Shown here: positions 31,322 to 40,726 of the stretch, one piece after another
How positions within the stretch are numbered: position 1 is the first letter of the stretch
How the letters are laid out: every line of letters begins with the position of its first letter
NCBI GenBank assembly: GCA_016714495.1
Contig: JADKDU010000007.1
Location: 59,438-123,437, forward strand
DNA length: 64,000 nt
Source: Hyphomonadaceae bacterium
Lineage (GTDB): Bacteria > Pseudomonadota > Alphaproteobacteria > Caulobacterales > Hyphomonadaceae
Direction: 5' to 3'
The notes under the pieces: model-generated
What the model saw: only the letters and a program-made list of their open reading frames with translations
Database searches by the model: none
Told to the model about the DNA's origin: nothing
Position numbers and translations under genes: made by a program

Positions 31322-32569
31322 ATGGCAGACCAGGGATACAATCCGGGCGCTTATCCGCTTTTCAAAAGCGGACTTGGCGATGCGAGTTGGACAGGCAGGC
31401 AAAAGCGTTGCCTCGTTCTCGACCCGTCGCACGACGCCAACCCAGACGTGCGCAAGCATGCGGACATGCTGTGGCGACACGTGATCGAGCCGGCGGCGAT
31501 GATCGCGAATTACGCCGCCCGCCGGGCCGACCGGACGTATGAGAACACGCCGACCGACCAGCCGCTGATCGACGCCCTGTTGGACGATGACCTGATCATC
31601 GCCGTCCCATCCTTCGGCAATCCGCGCGTGTTCTACGAGACGGCGCTGGCGCAAGCGGCGGCGCGACCGTTGATCCTGATGGTCGAGGAAGGCCAGGATC
31701 TTGGCTTCGACCCACGTAACGCGGAGATCGTCACTTACAGGCTCGATGGGGAAAGCCTGCATAGCCCCACGAACGTTGTGCGGCTGCAGACCGTGATCCG
31801 TGAGGTCGAAGAGCGCGCGGGCCCCGGCTGCAACGGTTTCCGGCCAGGCGCCGTCGCCCTCAACGGCAGTGGCGCGGGCAGCATCCAGTTCGACCGCGGC
31901 GGCGGCGCCTCGCTTGATCGAAAGCTCGACATGATGCGCAAAGCGCGAGCACGCATCGACATCATGGGTATCTCCAGTCTGGCTCTGCCCACACATCCGG
32001 GCATGGCGGATGTGCTTCGAGCCTGCGTCGACTGCGGCGTGGAAATTCGTGTCCTCCAGAGCGCCCCGAACAATCCCGGCTTGATCTCGCTGATCGGCGC
32101 GCGACAAACGGATCGGCTCGGCGCTGTTAGCGCGCAGATAGCAGCAGCAGCCCAAGCCTGGCGCGACGCCGCCGAAGCTGCTGGGCCTGATCTGTCCCTC
32201 ACCGTTCGTCGCACGCGCACGTCGTTGCCGATGGCGAACATGTTGAGCACCGATCGTGCGGTGGTGGCGACGCCTTACCTGCGCAGTCGCGCCACAGCGG
32301 CAAGCCCGACCGTGTTCGCGACGGCAAGCGATCACTACCATCAGATCATGGGTGAGGAGTTCGGGATGCTCTGGGCCGAAGCCGCCACACTTTTCCGATT
32401 TGAGCCCCGCGCACGGCGCTTGCCGGAGGCCAAGATGGAACGCCTGACGCCTGGCGTACGCACGCCGCTTCTCAAGGTGCGCAGTGCTGCGAGCGCAGCT
32501 GCTCCGCTCTCAAAGCCCGTTCGCACGAAAAGCGAACGCGGCTTTGCGGTCATCCGCTCCATTCGCTAG
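31322..32569 (+). CDS. orphan two-domain protein: nucleoside-2-deoxyribosyltransferase/TIR-like N-domain plus HKD-less PLD-like (DUF5919-like) C-domain
   Basis: N-domain: CLVLDPSHD... and DDDLIIAVPSFGNPRVFYETALAQAAARPLILMVEEG, following the CFVIMPF / ADLVIADL-NPNVFYELG-A-GKPVI pattern. C-domain: ARIDIMGISSLAL, GVEIRVLQSAPNNPG, LSTDRAVVATPY. Start is ATG 31322 or GTG 31262. Confidence 0.6.
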   Translation: MADQGYNPGAYPLFKSGLGDASWTGRQKRCLVLDPSHDANPDVRKHADMLWRHVIEPAAMIANYAARRADRTYENTPTDQPLIDALLDDDLIIAVPSFGNPRVFYETALAQAAARPLILMVEEGQDLGFDPRNAEIVTYRLDGESLHSPTNVVRLQTVIREVEERAGPGCNGFRPGAVALNGSGAGSIQFDRGGGASLDRKLDMMRKARARIDIMGISSLALPTHPGMADVLRACVDCGVEIRVLQSAPNNPGLISLIGARQTDRLGAVSAQIAAAAQAWRDAAEAAGPDLSLTVRRTRTSLPMANMLSTDRAVVATPYLRSRATAASPTVFATASDHYHQIMGEEFGMLWAEAATLFRFEPRARRLPEAKMERLTPGVRTPLLKVRSAASAAAPLSKPVRTKSERGFAVIRSIR

Positions 32570-32653
32570 GCCCGACAAAGTCGGCATGGCGGTTTTGGAG
32601 GGTTCTTTGGCCCGCGATCGGGTTGCGGCGGCGACGCTGCGCTTTAGGTTCGC

Positions 32654-32902
32654 ATGATGCTCGAGATGCGCCCCAACTGCGAATGCTGCGATAAGGACCT
32701 CGATCCGACGGCGCGGGATGCGCGCATCTGTTCGTTCGAATGCACCTATTGCGCGGACTGCGCTGGGCAGACGCTGAAGGGCAAATGCCCGAACTGCGGC
32801 GGCGCGCTCGTCGAGCGGCCGGCGCGCGCAACCGACAAGTTGGGGAGATTTCCGGCATCGACCGTCCGCAAGGTGAAGCCCGCCGGGTGCGAGGCCGCTT
32901 GA
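32654..32902 (+). CDS. DUF1272 domain protein
   Basis: MLEMRPNCECCDKDLDP..ARICSFECTYCADCA...CPNCGGALVERP is the DUF1272 cysteine signature. Confidence 0.75.
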   Translation: MMLEMRPNCECCDKDLDPTARDARICSFECTYCADCAGQTLKGKCPNCGGALVERPARATDKLGRFPASTVRKVKPAGCEAA

Positions 32903-32932
32903 CGGCGTCGGCGGCAGGCGTACTCCACGGCC

Positions 32933-33586
32933 ATGCCGCGCCGTTGCCGTCTTTATCTCATCACGCCGCCGGAAGTTCCGGATGTAGCAGCGTTCACGCG
33001 GGAGCTTGAACAGGCGCTCGATGGCGGAGATGTCGCGTCTGTGCAGATCCGGTTGAAGTCGCGCGACGGCGTTGCGGCGCCGGACGGCCATATCCTCGAA
33101 CTGGGGCGCCAGATCATTGCGCGTGCGCAGGATCGCGGCGTTGCGGTGCTGATCAATGATCGGCCCGACCTCGCGGCCGGGCTGGGCGCCGATGGCGTTC
33201 ATATCGGCCAGCAGGACATGCCCTATGCGCGCGCGCGCAAGCTGGTGGGCGACGGGGCGATTGTGGGCGTTACCTGTCACGCCAGCCGGCATCTCGCGAT
33301 GGAGGCGGGCGAAGCTGGCGCAGACTATGTGGCGTTCGGCGCCTTCTATCCGACCCAGACCAAGGACCCGGCGACGCGCGCGGAACTGGAACTGCTGACC
33401 TGGTGGCAAGAGATGATGGAACTGCCCTGCGTCGCCATCGGCGGGATCACCACCGAGAATGCCAGGCCGCTGGTCGAGGCAGGGGCGGATTTCCTTGCGG
33501 TTTCGGCCGGGGTCTGGGGGGGGCCGGGCGGCCCAGGCGAAGCGGTTAAGGCTTTCAACACGCTGTTCGACGAATTGGCGACGTAA
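32933..33586 (+). CDS. thiE: thiamine-phosphate synthase
   Basis: [51 protein letters not shown]. Confidence 0.88.
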   Translation: MPRRCRLYLITPPEVPDVAAFTRELEQALDGGDVASVQIRLKSRDGVAAPDGHILELGRQIIARAQDRGVAVLINDRPDLAAGLGADGVHIGQQDMPYARARKLVGDGAIVGVTCHASRHLAMEAGEAGADYVAFGAFYPTQTKDPATRAELELLTWWQEMMELPCVAIGGITTENARPLVEAGADFLAVSAGVWGGPGGPGEAVKAFNTLFDELAT

Positions 33587-33722
33587 GCCACACCCCGGAA
33601 AAAGCGAACAAAGCTTGCGCTTTGGGCTCTGCCCGCTAAGGGAACGGCGCACTTTAAGTGAGTGTCGGATTCCCACTTTCGGCCTACCCGAAAGCGATCC
33701 GACGCAGCGAAGGCTGTTTGAC

Positions 33723-34550
33723 ATGTCCCGTCCCTCCCCCACCGTCACCGTGATGATGGATGCTGCGCGCGCTGCTGGCCGCCGGCTGATCCGTGATTTT
33801 GGCGAAGTCGAAAACCTGCAGGTCTCCAAGAAAGGACCCTCTGATTTCGTTTCCGCCGCCGACCAGAAAGCCGAAGAGATCATCCGCAAGAGCCTCGAGA
33901 AGACGCGTCCGGGCTATGGCTTCCTGCTGGAAGAAGGCGGCGAAGTTCTCGGATCGGACAAGACGCACCGCTTCATCATCGATCCGCTCGACGGCACGTT
34001 GAACTTTCTGCACGGCATTCCGCACTTTGCGGTCTCGATCGGACTGGAGCGCGACGGCAAATTGCGCGCGGGCGTCGTGCATGATCCGATGCGCAACGAG
34101 ACGTTCTGGGCCGAAGAAAACCAGGGCGCGTGGCTCGACAACAAACGCCTGCGTGTCGCTTCGCGCCGCAAGCTTTCCGAAGCGGTCGTCACCACGGGCA
34201 TTCCGCAGCTTGGCAAGGACGGCGGGGAGAAGTTCATTGACGAGCTGGCGCGCGTGCGCGCCGAAGTCGCCGCTGTACGCCGTTTCGGTTCGGCGGCGCT
34301 TGACCTTGCCTGGGTCGCCGCCGGGCGTTTCGACGGCTTCTGGGAACGTGGCTTGCAGCTGTGGGATATCGCGGCGGGCTTTGTGCTGATGCAGGAAGCC
34401 GGCGGCATGGTGACCGGCCTCGACAAGAAGGATCCGACGCGAGGTTCATTCGTCGCCGCCAACACAAGCCTGGCGCCGAAGATTACGGAATTGGTCGAGG
34501 GCAGGCTGAAAAAGCCAGCCGCCGGCAGCAAGCTGCTGAAGCCGCTCTAG
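33723..34550 (+). CDS. suhB: inositol monophosphatase family protein
   Basis: DFVSAADQKAEEII, FLLEEGG, IIDPLDGTLNF, WDIAAG. Confidence 0.88.
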   Translation: MSRPSPTVTVMMDAARAAGRRLIRDFGEVENLQVSKKGPSDFVSAADQKAEEIIRKSLEKTRPGYGFLLEEGGEVLGSDKTHRFIIDPLDGTLNFLHGIPHFAVSIGLERDGKLRAGVVHDPMRNETFWAEENQGAWLDNKRLRVASRRKLSEAVVTTGIPQLGKDGGEKFIDELARVRAEVAAVRRFGSAALDLAWVAAGRFDGFWERGLQLWDIAAGFVLMQEAGGMVTGLDKKDPTRGSFVAANTSLAPKITELVEGRLKKPAAGSKLLKPL

Positions 34551-35380
34551 GCTTTCGCGCGCGAGGCGCCTGCATCGATCTGCGCGACAAGGCCTTCCTC
34601 GAGGCCAAGCGCCACGGCGAGGTTCATCAGGAACGCCTTTTCCTTCATGCCATCGGGCTCGATCGCGATGCGCGCGGCGGTGTAGGCCTGTGTTGCAAGC
34701 GCTGGCGTGTTCGCCGCGGCCGCCAGCTCGGCGATCGTGGCTGGCTTTGCAAATTCCGCATCGAGGAATTTGGCGGCATGCACGTCAAGGCCCGCTTCCT
34801 CCAGCGCGCCGACGATGCGCGAGCGTTCGGCATTGTCGATGGCGCCGTCGCTGGCGGCGGCTGCGATCATGGCGCGTAGAACCAGCATCGACGTCGCATT
34901 GTCCTGCTCGATATCGCCCGTTTCGCCAAAGGGACTGGCGTCTGGCGCCGCCTCGATCTGATCGGGGGCTTCAGGCGTCTTTCCAGACTGGTGGTTCCGC
35001 CAAGCCTTGTAGGCAAGTCCGCCAACCATGGCGAGGCCGCCGACCGTCGCGGCGCTGCCGACAAGCCCGCGGCCGCCACGCGTACCCAGAAGCAGCAGAC
35101 CGAGACCGCCCAGCGCCGCCCCGGTCGCCATCTTGTTCTGGGTGGCGAAGGCCTTGGCCTGTTCGAAGAGATCGCCGCCGGACTTGCCCGTTGCGTCCTT
35201 CAGCGCCGCATCAGCCTTGGCGCCGATGCCGGTCTTCTGCTCGATCGCGGCTGCGCCGTCCTTCATGCCGGAGACGCTGTCGTTGAGCAGGCCGCCGAGC
35301 ATTCCGCCGACCTTGTCGAGCGGATTGCTTCCCTCGCTCGCGCCGAACATCTGGTTGAGCAGCTTCTTGGCGTCGAACAT
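34547..35380 (-). CDS. DUF533 / TerB-like tellurite-resistance family protein
   Basis: MFDAKKLLNQMFG start after GAGGA, a Gly-rich TM block, and a C-terminal LVLRAMIAAAASDGAIDNAERSRI TerB-like repeat. Confidence 0.75.
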   Translation of the reverse strand: MFDAKKLLNQMFGASEGSNPLDKVGGMLGGLLNDSVSGMKDGAAAIEQKTGIGAKADAALKDATGKSGGDLFEQAKAFATQNKMATGAALGGLGLLLLGTRGGRGLVGSAATVGGLAMVGGLAYKAWRNHQSGKTPEAPDQIEAAPDASPFGETGDIEQDNATSMLVLRAMIAAAASDGAIDNAERSRIVGALEEAGLDVHAAKFLDAEFAKPATIAELAAAANTPALATQAYTAARIAIEPDGMKEKAFLMNLAVALGLEEGLVAQIDAGASRAKA

Positions 35381-35429
35381 GGGAGCATCCTCTAAGCGCA
35401 TTTGCTTCTCGCTTGCCGCCCCTTCTATC

Positions 35430-35843
35430 TCAGGAGGCGCATACAGGCGACGGTATTTTCTCTGCGACCGCAGCTGCATCCACTTTTGGCGGCAAGAGTT
35501 TCAAGCCCTCCTCGCCATTTGTCTTTATCGCCGCCGGGGCGCCCTCGCCAAATTCAACAAGAGCGCCGTCTTTGAAGATGAACGTGTAGTTGGACGGCGC
35601 CCACTGAAAGAAATCGTCCATCCGGTTCAGATAGGTCATCGATTTGTAGCGCCCCGTTTCGCCAGAAACGTTCGGGCAAGACCGCATGGCTCCCTTCACC
35701 TGAGCTTCGGACATGCCGATCTTGATGTCGTGATAGCCGTTGCTGAACGACACACACCCGCCGGAAATCAGTAGGGCAAGCGCAGGGACAACAAACTTCA
35801 CGCCAAGACTGCCTTTGATCTTCAGGGCCGTTGGGAGATGCAT
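35430..35843 (-). CDS. hypothetical lipoprotein (BamE/SmpA-like motif)
   Basis: VVPALALLISGGC lipobox. IKIGMSEAQVKGAM resembles the SmpA/OmlA fold signature. Confidence 0.5.
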   Translation of the reverse strand: MHLPTALKIKGSLGVKFVVPALALLISGGCVSFSNGYHDIKIGMSEAQVKGAMRSCPNVSGETGRYKSMTYLNRMDDFFQWAPSNYTFIFKDGALVEFGEGAPAAIKTNGEEGLKLLPPKVDAAAVAEKIPSPVCAS

Positions 35844-35921
35844 GCTGTTCCAATAGAGCGGATCACTCCGCTTTCAAAGCCGCGGCAAGCTTCTTAGCGG
35901 ACCGGTGGAACGGCTTGTCCG

Positions 35922-36260
35922 CTATTCTTCCTCGAACGACCAGAACGCACGCACTTCAAGCCTGCCAGCGCGCGCCATGGGATGCCTTGCTGCGATCTCG
36001 ACTGCTTCATCAAGGCTATCGCATTCGAGGATATCGAAACCGACGATCACTTCCTTGGACTCGGTGAAAGGCCCATCCGTGACCAGCTTGCGCCCGGCGC
36101 GCACACGCACTGTCTTGGCGGCGCCGGCGGGACGGAGGCGGTCACCGGTAATGCGTTTGCCGCCCTTTTCCAGGTCATCGACCCAGGTTTCGATCTCGCC
36201 GGGAACTTCAGGCTTGGCGTCGGGATTGCTGTCGGTGGCGACGAACATCATGAAACGCAT
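35922..36260 (-). CDS. YciI-family protein
   Basis: 112 aa. MRFMMFV, VTDGPFTESKEVIVGFDILECDSLDEAVEIAARHP. Confidence 0.75.
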   Translation of the reverse strand: MRFMMFVATDSNPDAKPEVPGEIETWVDDLEKGGKRITGDRLRPAGAAKTVRVRAGRKLVTDGPFTESKEVIVGFDILECDSLDEAVEIAARHPMARAGRLEVRAFWSFEEE

Positions 36261-36334
36261 CGTTCTGTCCTTTGCGGGCCAAAACCTGAGGACGGCCGCA
36301 CGGATCGTTACCCGACATTTGGCGCAGCCATAAA

Positions 36335-38173
36335 TCAGGCGCTGGTGAACTGCATTTCGGCGAGCTTGGCGTAAAGGCCGCCGGCGCTGACCAGGCTTTC
36401 ATGGCTGCCCTGCTCGACGACGCGGCCCTGATCGAGCACGATGATGCGGTTGGCGCGCCGGACGGTCGCGAGACGGTGGGCGATAACCAGCGTGGTGCGG
36501 CCTTGGCTGGCCTGGTCGAGCGCTTTCTGGACGAGCCGCTCGTTGGCGGCGTCGAGCGCGCTGGTCGCTTCGTCGAGCAGCATCACGGGGGCGCCGCGCA
36601 CGAGAGCGCGGGCGATGGCGATACGTTGGCGTTCGCCGCCGGACAGCTGGCGGCCCTTGGCGCCGACTTCCGCCGCCAGACCGCCGCGTTGTTCGAGAAA
36701 GGCAAAGGCTTCGGCCTTTCGCAGGGCCTCGCGGACTTCATCGTCGTTCGCGCCGGCGCGGCCGAAGCGGACATTGCCTGCCGCGTCGCCGGAGAAGATC
36801 GGGGCTTCTTGCGGCACATAGGCGAAGCGGGCGCGCCATTCGCTGGGATCGGCTTCGCGCGCGTCGAGGCCATCGAGCGTGACAGCGCCGGTCTGCGGAT
36901 CGAAGAAGCGCAGCAGCATGCGGAAGACGGTGGACTTGCCCGCGCCTGACGGACCGACCAGCGCGACGAGTTCGCCAGGCTTTGCTTCGAAAGTCACATC
37001 CTTCAGCGATGGGCCTTGCGCCGCGGGATAGGAGAACGAGACGCCATCGAGCCTCACATGGCCGGCCAGTTTTGCAGGCATGGGTTTCGGATTGGCCGGG
37101 GCGGCAATGTCGGGCCGCTGTTCCAGGATCTCCACCGCGCGCACTGCGGCGCCGGACGCGCGCATGGCGTCGCCCATTACTTCAGCAACCGTCGCGAAGC
37201 CGCCGACGCCGAATACCGCAAGCAGGACGAACTGCATGAAGGCGCCGACTGTCATGGCGCCGGACTGCACTTCAAGCGCGCCAATCCAGATGACGCCCGT
37301 GACACCCGCAAACATCAGGGCGATGATGATGCCGGTGAGCCAGGCGCGTGCGCCAATGCGCGCGAGCGCAGCCTTGAACGCCGCTTCGATGGCGGAACGG
37401 AAGCGTGTCTCGCGTTCCTTCTCCATGCCATAGGCCTGCACAAGATCGATGGCATCGATCGTCTCGGTCGCCTCAGCGGCGGCATCAGCGATGCGATCCT
37501 GCGCGCTGACGGATAGTTTGCGCACGCGGCGGCCCATGCCGAGGATCGGCAGAATAAGCACGGGCGCCAGGATGAACAGTATGCCGGTTAGCTTCCAGGA
37601 GGTAATGAACATCAGGATCAGCGCGCCGACGGACGTCACGAAGGAACGAACCGCCATCGAGAAAGTCGAGCCGAAAAAGGTCTCGATCAGCGTGACGTCC
37701 GCCGTGAGACGCGAGACAGCTTCGCCGGTCTTCAGCTTCGAGAAGTAGGCCGGCGACAGCGACATCAGCCGCGCATAGACGTCGCCGCGCAAGTCAGCGG
37801 CCAGCCGTTCGCCGAAGCGCGAGAAAAAATAGAACCGCACGGCAGACGCAACGCCCAGCGCCAGCGCAATCCCGATCATCGCGCTAAAGCCGGCATTGAT
37901 CAGCGCCGGATCGAAGCTCTGGAACGCATTGTTGCCCAGCCACTGGACCGGGAAAGTGATGGCGAGGTTCAGGACGGCTGCGATCAACAGGAAGGCCACG
38001 GCCAGCACGGCGGTGGTTCGCTGCCGCTTCATATAGGGCGCCAGCTTGAGCAGGGGCCCCAGCGAGCGCGACTTCTCCCGCTCCGGCCCGCCCTCGCCCC
38101 AGCGCTGGGCCCCAGCCGTCCGGTCGAAGCTGGCGCTGCCGCCGCTGCTCGATTGGCTGGTCCCGTCGCTCAT
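36335..38173 (-). CDS. ABC transporter, fused permease/ATPase (ABCB/MsbA-like exporter)
   Basis: Six-TM N-domain, Walker A GPSGAGKST, signature LSGGERQR, Walker B MLLDEATSALD. Confidence 0.9.
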   Translation of the reverse strand: MSDGTSQSSSGGSASFDRTAGAQRWGEGGPEREKSRSLGPLLKLAPYMKRQRTTAVLAVAFLLIAAVLNLAITFPVQWLGNNAFQSFDPALINAGFSAMIGIALALGVASAVRFYFFSRFGERLAADLRGDVYARLMSLSPAYFSKLKTGEAVSRLTADVTLIETFFGSTFSMAVRSFVTSVGALILMFITSWKLTGILFILAPVLILPILGMGRRVRKLSVSAQDRIADAAAEATETIDAIDLVQAYGMEKERETRFRSAIEAAFKAALARIGARAWLTGIIIALMFAGVTGVIWIGALEVQSGAMTVGAFMQFVLLAVFGVGGFATVAEVMGDAMRASGAAVRAVEILEQRPDIAAPANPKPMPAKLAGHVRLDGVSFSYPAAQGPSLKDVTFEAKPGELVALVGPSGAGKSTVFRMLLRFFDPQTGAVTLDGLDAREADPSEWRARFAYVPQEAPIFSGDAAGNVRFGRAGANDDEVREALRKAEAFAFLEQRGGLAAEVGAKGRQLSGGERQRIAIARALVRGAPVMLLDEATSALDAANERLVQKALDQASQGRTTLVIAHRLATVRRANRIIVLDQGRVVEQGSHESLVSAGGLYAKLAEMQFTSA

Positions 38174-38322
38174 TCAGCCCTCAAAACCGATGATTTTGGT
38201 CTATACAAGGGCCAAGCTTGCCAGTGCCGCCCTGTTCGGGTATGAGCCCCGCTCCCGAATTCAGCAAGGCTCCCCGGGCGTTAACGCCAGAGGGACCCTT
38301 GCGCAGCCGCCAGAGACTTCCG

Positions 38323-38547
38323 ATGAAGAAAGAAGGCCATCCCGACTATCACTTCATCACCGTGGTGATGACGGACGGGACCGAGTATCAGACGCGCTCG
38401 ACCATGGGCAAAGCCGGCGACAAGCTGTCGCTCGACATCGACCCTAAATCGCACCCGGCCTGGACCGGCGGCGCAGCACAGGCCCTCGACCGTGGCGGCC
38501 GCCTGTCGCGCTTCAAGGACAAGTTCAAAGGCTTCGTCAAAGCCTGA
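38323..38547 (+). CDS. rpmE: 50S ribosomal protein L31
   Basis: [27 protein letters not shown]...HPAWTG, 74 aa. Confidence 0.92.
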   Translation: MKKEGHPDYHFITVVMTDGTEYQTRSTMGKAGDKLSLDIDPKSHPAWTGGAAQALDRGGRLSRFKDKFKGFVKA

Positions 38548-38579
38548 TCGCCCCGCGATCCAGCTAGAACACTGGGAAG

Positions 38580-38609
38580 GCCCGCCGGAGACGGCGGGCT
38601 TTCTAATTT
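38580..38609 (+). terminator. rho-independent terminator of rpmE
   Basis: GCCCGCC-ggagac-GGCGGGC stem-loop followed by TTTCTAATTT. Confidence 0.7.
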
Positions 38610-38931
38610 CAGGCGCCGCCTGTCGCCGTCCCGCCACGACCAGCGCGGCCGCCACCGTAAACCAGCGCCGGCCACCAGCCCCAGCCACAACGACGCGTAG
38701 GGCAGCCCGGTGAGGCGCGGCCGGCCCTCAGCGCCCCGGCAATGCGCTGGCCCAGCTTCACCAGCGCGCCCGTCACGTAGGGTGAGCCCGATCGACACTT
38801 CCCCAGCGCGCTCAAACGCCGTGTTCTCCGTCCCCATCGCCAAGGCACAAGAAACCGATGACGTCGACATAGCCAGCCAACACGGATGATCCGACCGCCA
38901 TCGCATTGTCGCGTTTGCGATGCCGCAGCAT
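38610..38931 (-). pseudogene. DUF1275 (YoaK-like) membrane protein remnant, multiply frameshifted and shortened
   Basis: ATG 38931 opens MLRHRKRDNAMAVGSSVLAGYVDVIGFLCLG and then hits a stop. Other frames carry YVTGALVKLGQRIAGAL and LPYASLWLGLVAGA. The pieces total about 100 codons, versus about 230 for the family. Confidence 0.45.
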
Positions 38932-39058
38932 GGCCCCGCCCTCCCGCCCACTTTCCATGGCCTATCAAGCGCGAGGGCCTCCCCTCTCCCTCATCGCCGC
39001 GCCATTCGTTGCGCCATGATCGACGTCGGGCTAGCGTCCGGTTCTCCGGGGACAGGGC

Positions 39059-40723
39059 ATGGCCGACGTCAAGTCAGGGGCGAACCGCCGGCTGCTGCTT
39101 GCTTATGCCGACAGCAGCGCCGATCTTGTCGCGCCGCTGCGTCGGGCGTTCGAGGCGGCTGGCTTCACGACACAGACAGCGCCTGCCGATCAGGCCGAAA
39201 CCGCCGCAGCGATCGACGCCGCAAGCGCCGTCATTGTGTGCTGGACGCCTGCCGGCGTCGCCAGCGATGTCGTGAACTTGCAGGCGGCGCGGGCGCAGAA
39301 GGCGCGCAAGCTGGCGCCCATCCTTCTCGCCCCCTGCTCGCCTCCGGCCAATTTCGGCGGACGCTTTCGGCTGGCTGATCTGTCGGGCTGGCGTGGCGAT
39401 TCGACGGACAAGGAGTTCATCACGCTCGTCCACGCCCTGCATGGCAGACTTTCAGGCCGATTGTTCAGCAGCGCTCTGTGGCGCTCATCCTATCTATCAT
39501 GGGGCGGCGCGGGAGCTGCGACGCTTGCAGCGGTGGCGCTGATCGGAAATTTCGGCGACCTGCGCCAGACGATCGACGGCGTCATCAACCCGGCGGCCTC
39601 CGAAAAGGCGCTAACCGCAACCGACGCCAAGGTGGAGGAAGTGCTCATCTTGCTGAAGCAGAAATCAGCCCAACCGCTGAGCGCGGATGCCGAAGCCGCC
39701 ATGCGCGAGAGCATCGTGCGCCTGCTGTCGGCCCAGTCAGGCGCGCGGGGCAATGCGGCCGATCGATTGGCCGCTGGCGATATCGAGGGCGCGCTTGCGG
39801 ATCTCAATGCGGCGGCGCGCGAGGGCGAGAAAGCGGCCGCCGGCCTTTCGGAAACCTGGCAGGAAATCGGCGCGCTCGCCTACGCCACCCGCACGTTCGA
39901 TGCGATCGACGCCTATGAGCGGGCCGTGCAGCTTGCGCCAAAGGACCATGTCGCCCGCAGCCAGCTCGGCAGCTTGTACATCAGGGCGGGGTTTCTGAAC
40001 GAGGCGACGGAAGCCTTCCAGTTCATTTACCAGAACGCCGACGACAACGTCATGTACGCCGTCGCATCCGGCAATCTGGGCGTCATCGACATGACGCGCG
40101 GCGACTTCGAGAGCGCCGAGCGTCATTTCAATGAAGCGCTGCAGTTCAATGTGGACACCGGAAACATACAGGGACAGGCAAGCGATCTCGGCGACCTTGG
40201 CGAGCTTGCCCGCATCCGCGAACAGTATGGCGCCGCCGAGACGCGATTCAGGAAGTCCATGGCGCTCTACGCCCAAGCAGGCGATATCGAGGGCGAAGCC
40301 GTGGCGCAGGCGCGGCTGGGCGCCGTCGCGCGCGATAGAGGCAAGCGGACCGAAGCCATCGCGGCCTTCAAGCGCGCGTTAGATCTGTCGAGCGGAATAG
40401 ATGACGTGATCGGGCAATCATTCGCATTGAGCGGGCTTGGCGATGTCGAATTCGACAGCGGCAATTTCGAAGCGGCGCGCACCTATTACGAGCAAAGCCT
40501 CGCCGCCGCACGGATAGTCAGCGCGAGCGAAAGCGAAGCAGTCGCGCTTGAAGCCCTTGGCGACGTTGCGGAGAAACAGCGCGACACGACGCGAGCGATC
40601 GCGCACTATATCGACGCGTCATCGATCTATTCAAACATGGGCGTCACGGCCGACGTCGAAAGACTCCAGGCGAAGATGAAGCGGAATGGCGCAACCCCCT
40701 CGCCCGAAGGCGCGGAGCACTAG
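39059..40723 (+). CDS. TIR-like domain / TM / tetratricopeptide-repeat protein
   Basis: N-terminus LLLAYADSSADLVAPLRRAFEAAGF...AVIVCWTPAGVASDVVNLQAARAQKARKLAPILL fits bacterial TIR_2. One TM (GAGAATLAAVALIGNF). About 350 aa of TPR repeats follow. Confidence 0.7.
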   Translation: MADVKSGANRRLLLAYADSSADLVAPLRRAFEAAGFTTQTAPADQAETAAAIDAASAVIVCWTPAGVASDVVNLQAARAQKARKLAPILLAPCSPPANFGGRFRLADLSGWRGDSTDKEFITLVHALHGRLSGRLFSSALWRSSYLSWGGAGAATLAAVALIGNFGDLRQTIDGVINPAASEKALTATDAKVEEVLILLKQKSAQPLSADAEAAMRESIVRLLSAQSGARGNAADRLAAGDIEGALADLNAAAREGEKAAAGLSETWQEIGALAYATRTFDAIDAYERAVQLAPKDHVARSQLGSLYIRAGFLNEATEAFQFIYQNADDNVMYAVASGNLGVIDMTRGDFESAERHFNEALQFNVDTGNIQGQASDLGDLGELARIREQYGAAETRFRKSMALYAQAGDIEGEAVAQARLGAVARDRGKRTEAIAAFKRALDLSSGIDDVIGQSFALSGLGDVEFDSGNFEAARTYYEQSLAAARIVSASESEAVALEALGDVAEKQRDTTRAIAHYIDASSIYSNMGVTADVERLQAKMKRNGATPSPEGAEH

Positions 40724-40726
40724 CCG

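Noticed and set aside
32570-32932. Possible TPP (THI-box) riboswitch upstream of thiE
   Set aside because: I found no CTGAGA...ACCTGATCTGGATAATGCCAGCG-like core. The space is occupied by the DUF1272 ORF and short spacers.
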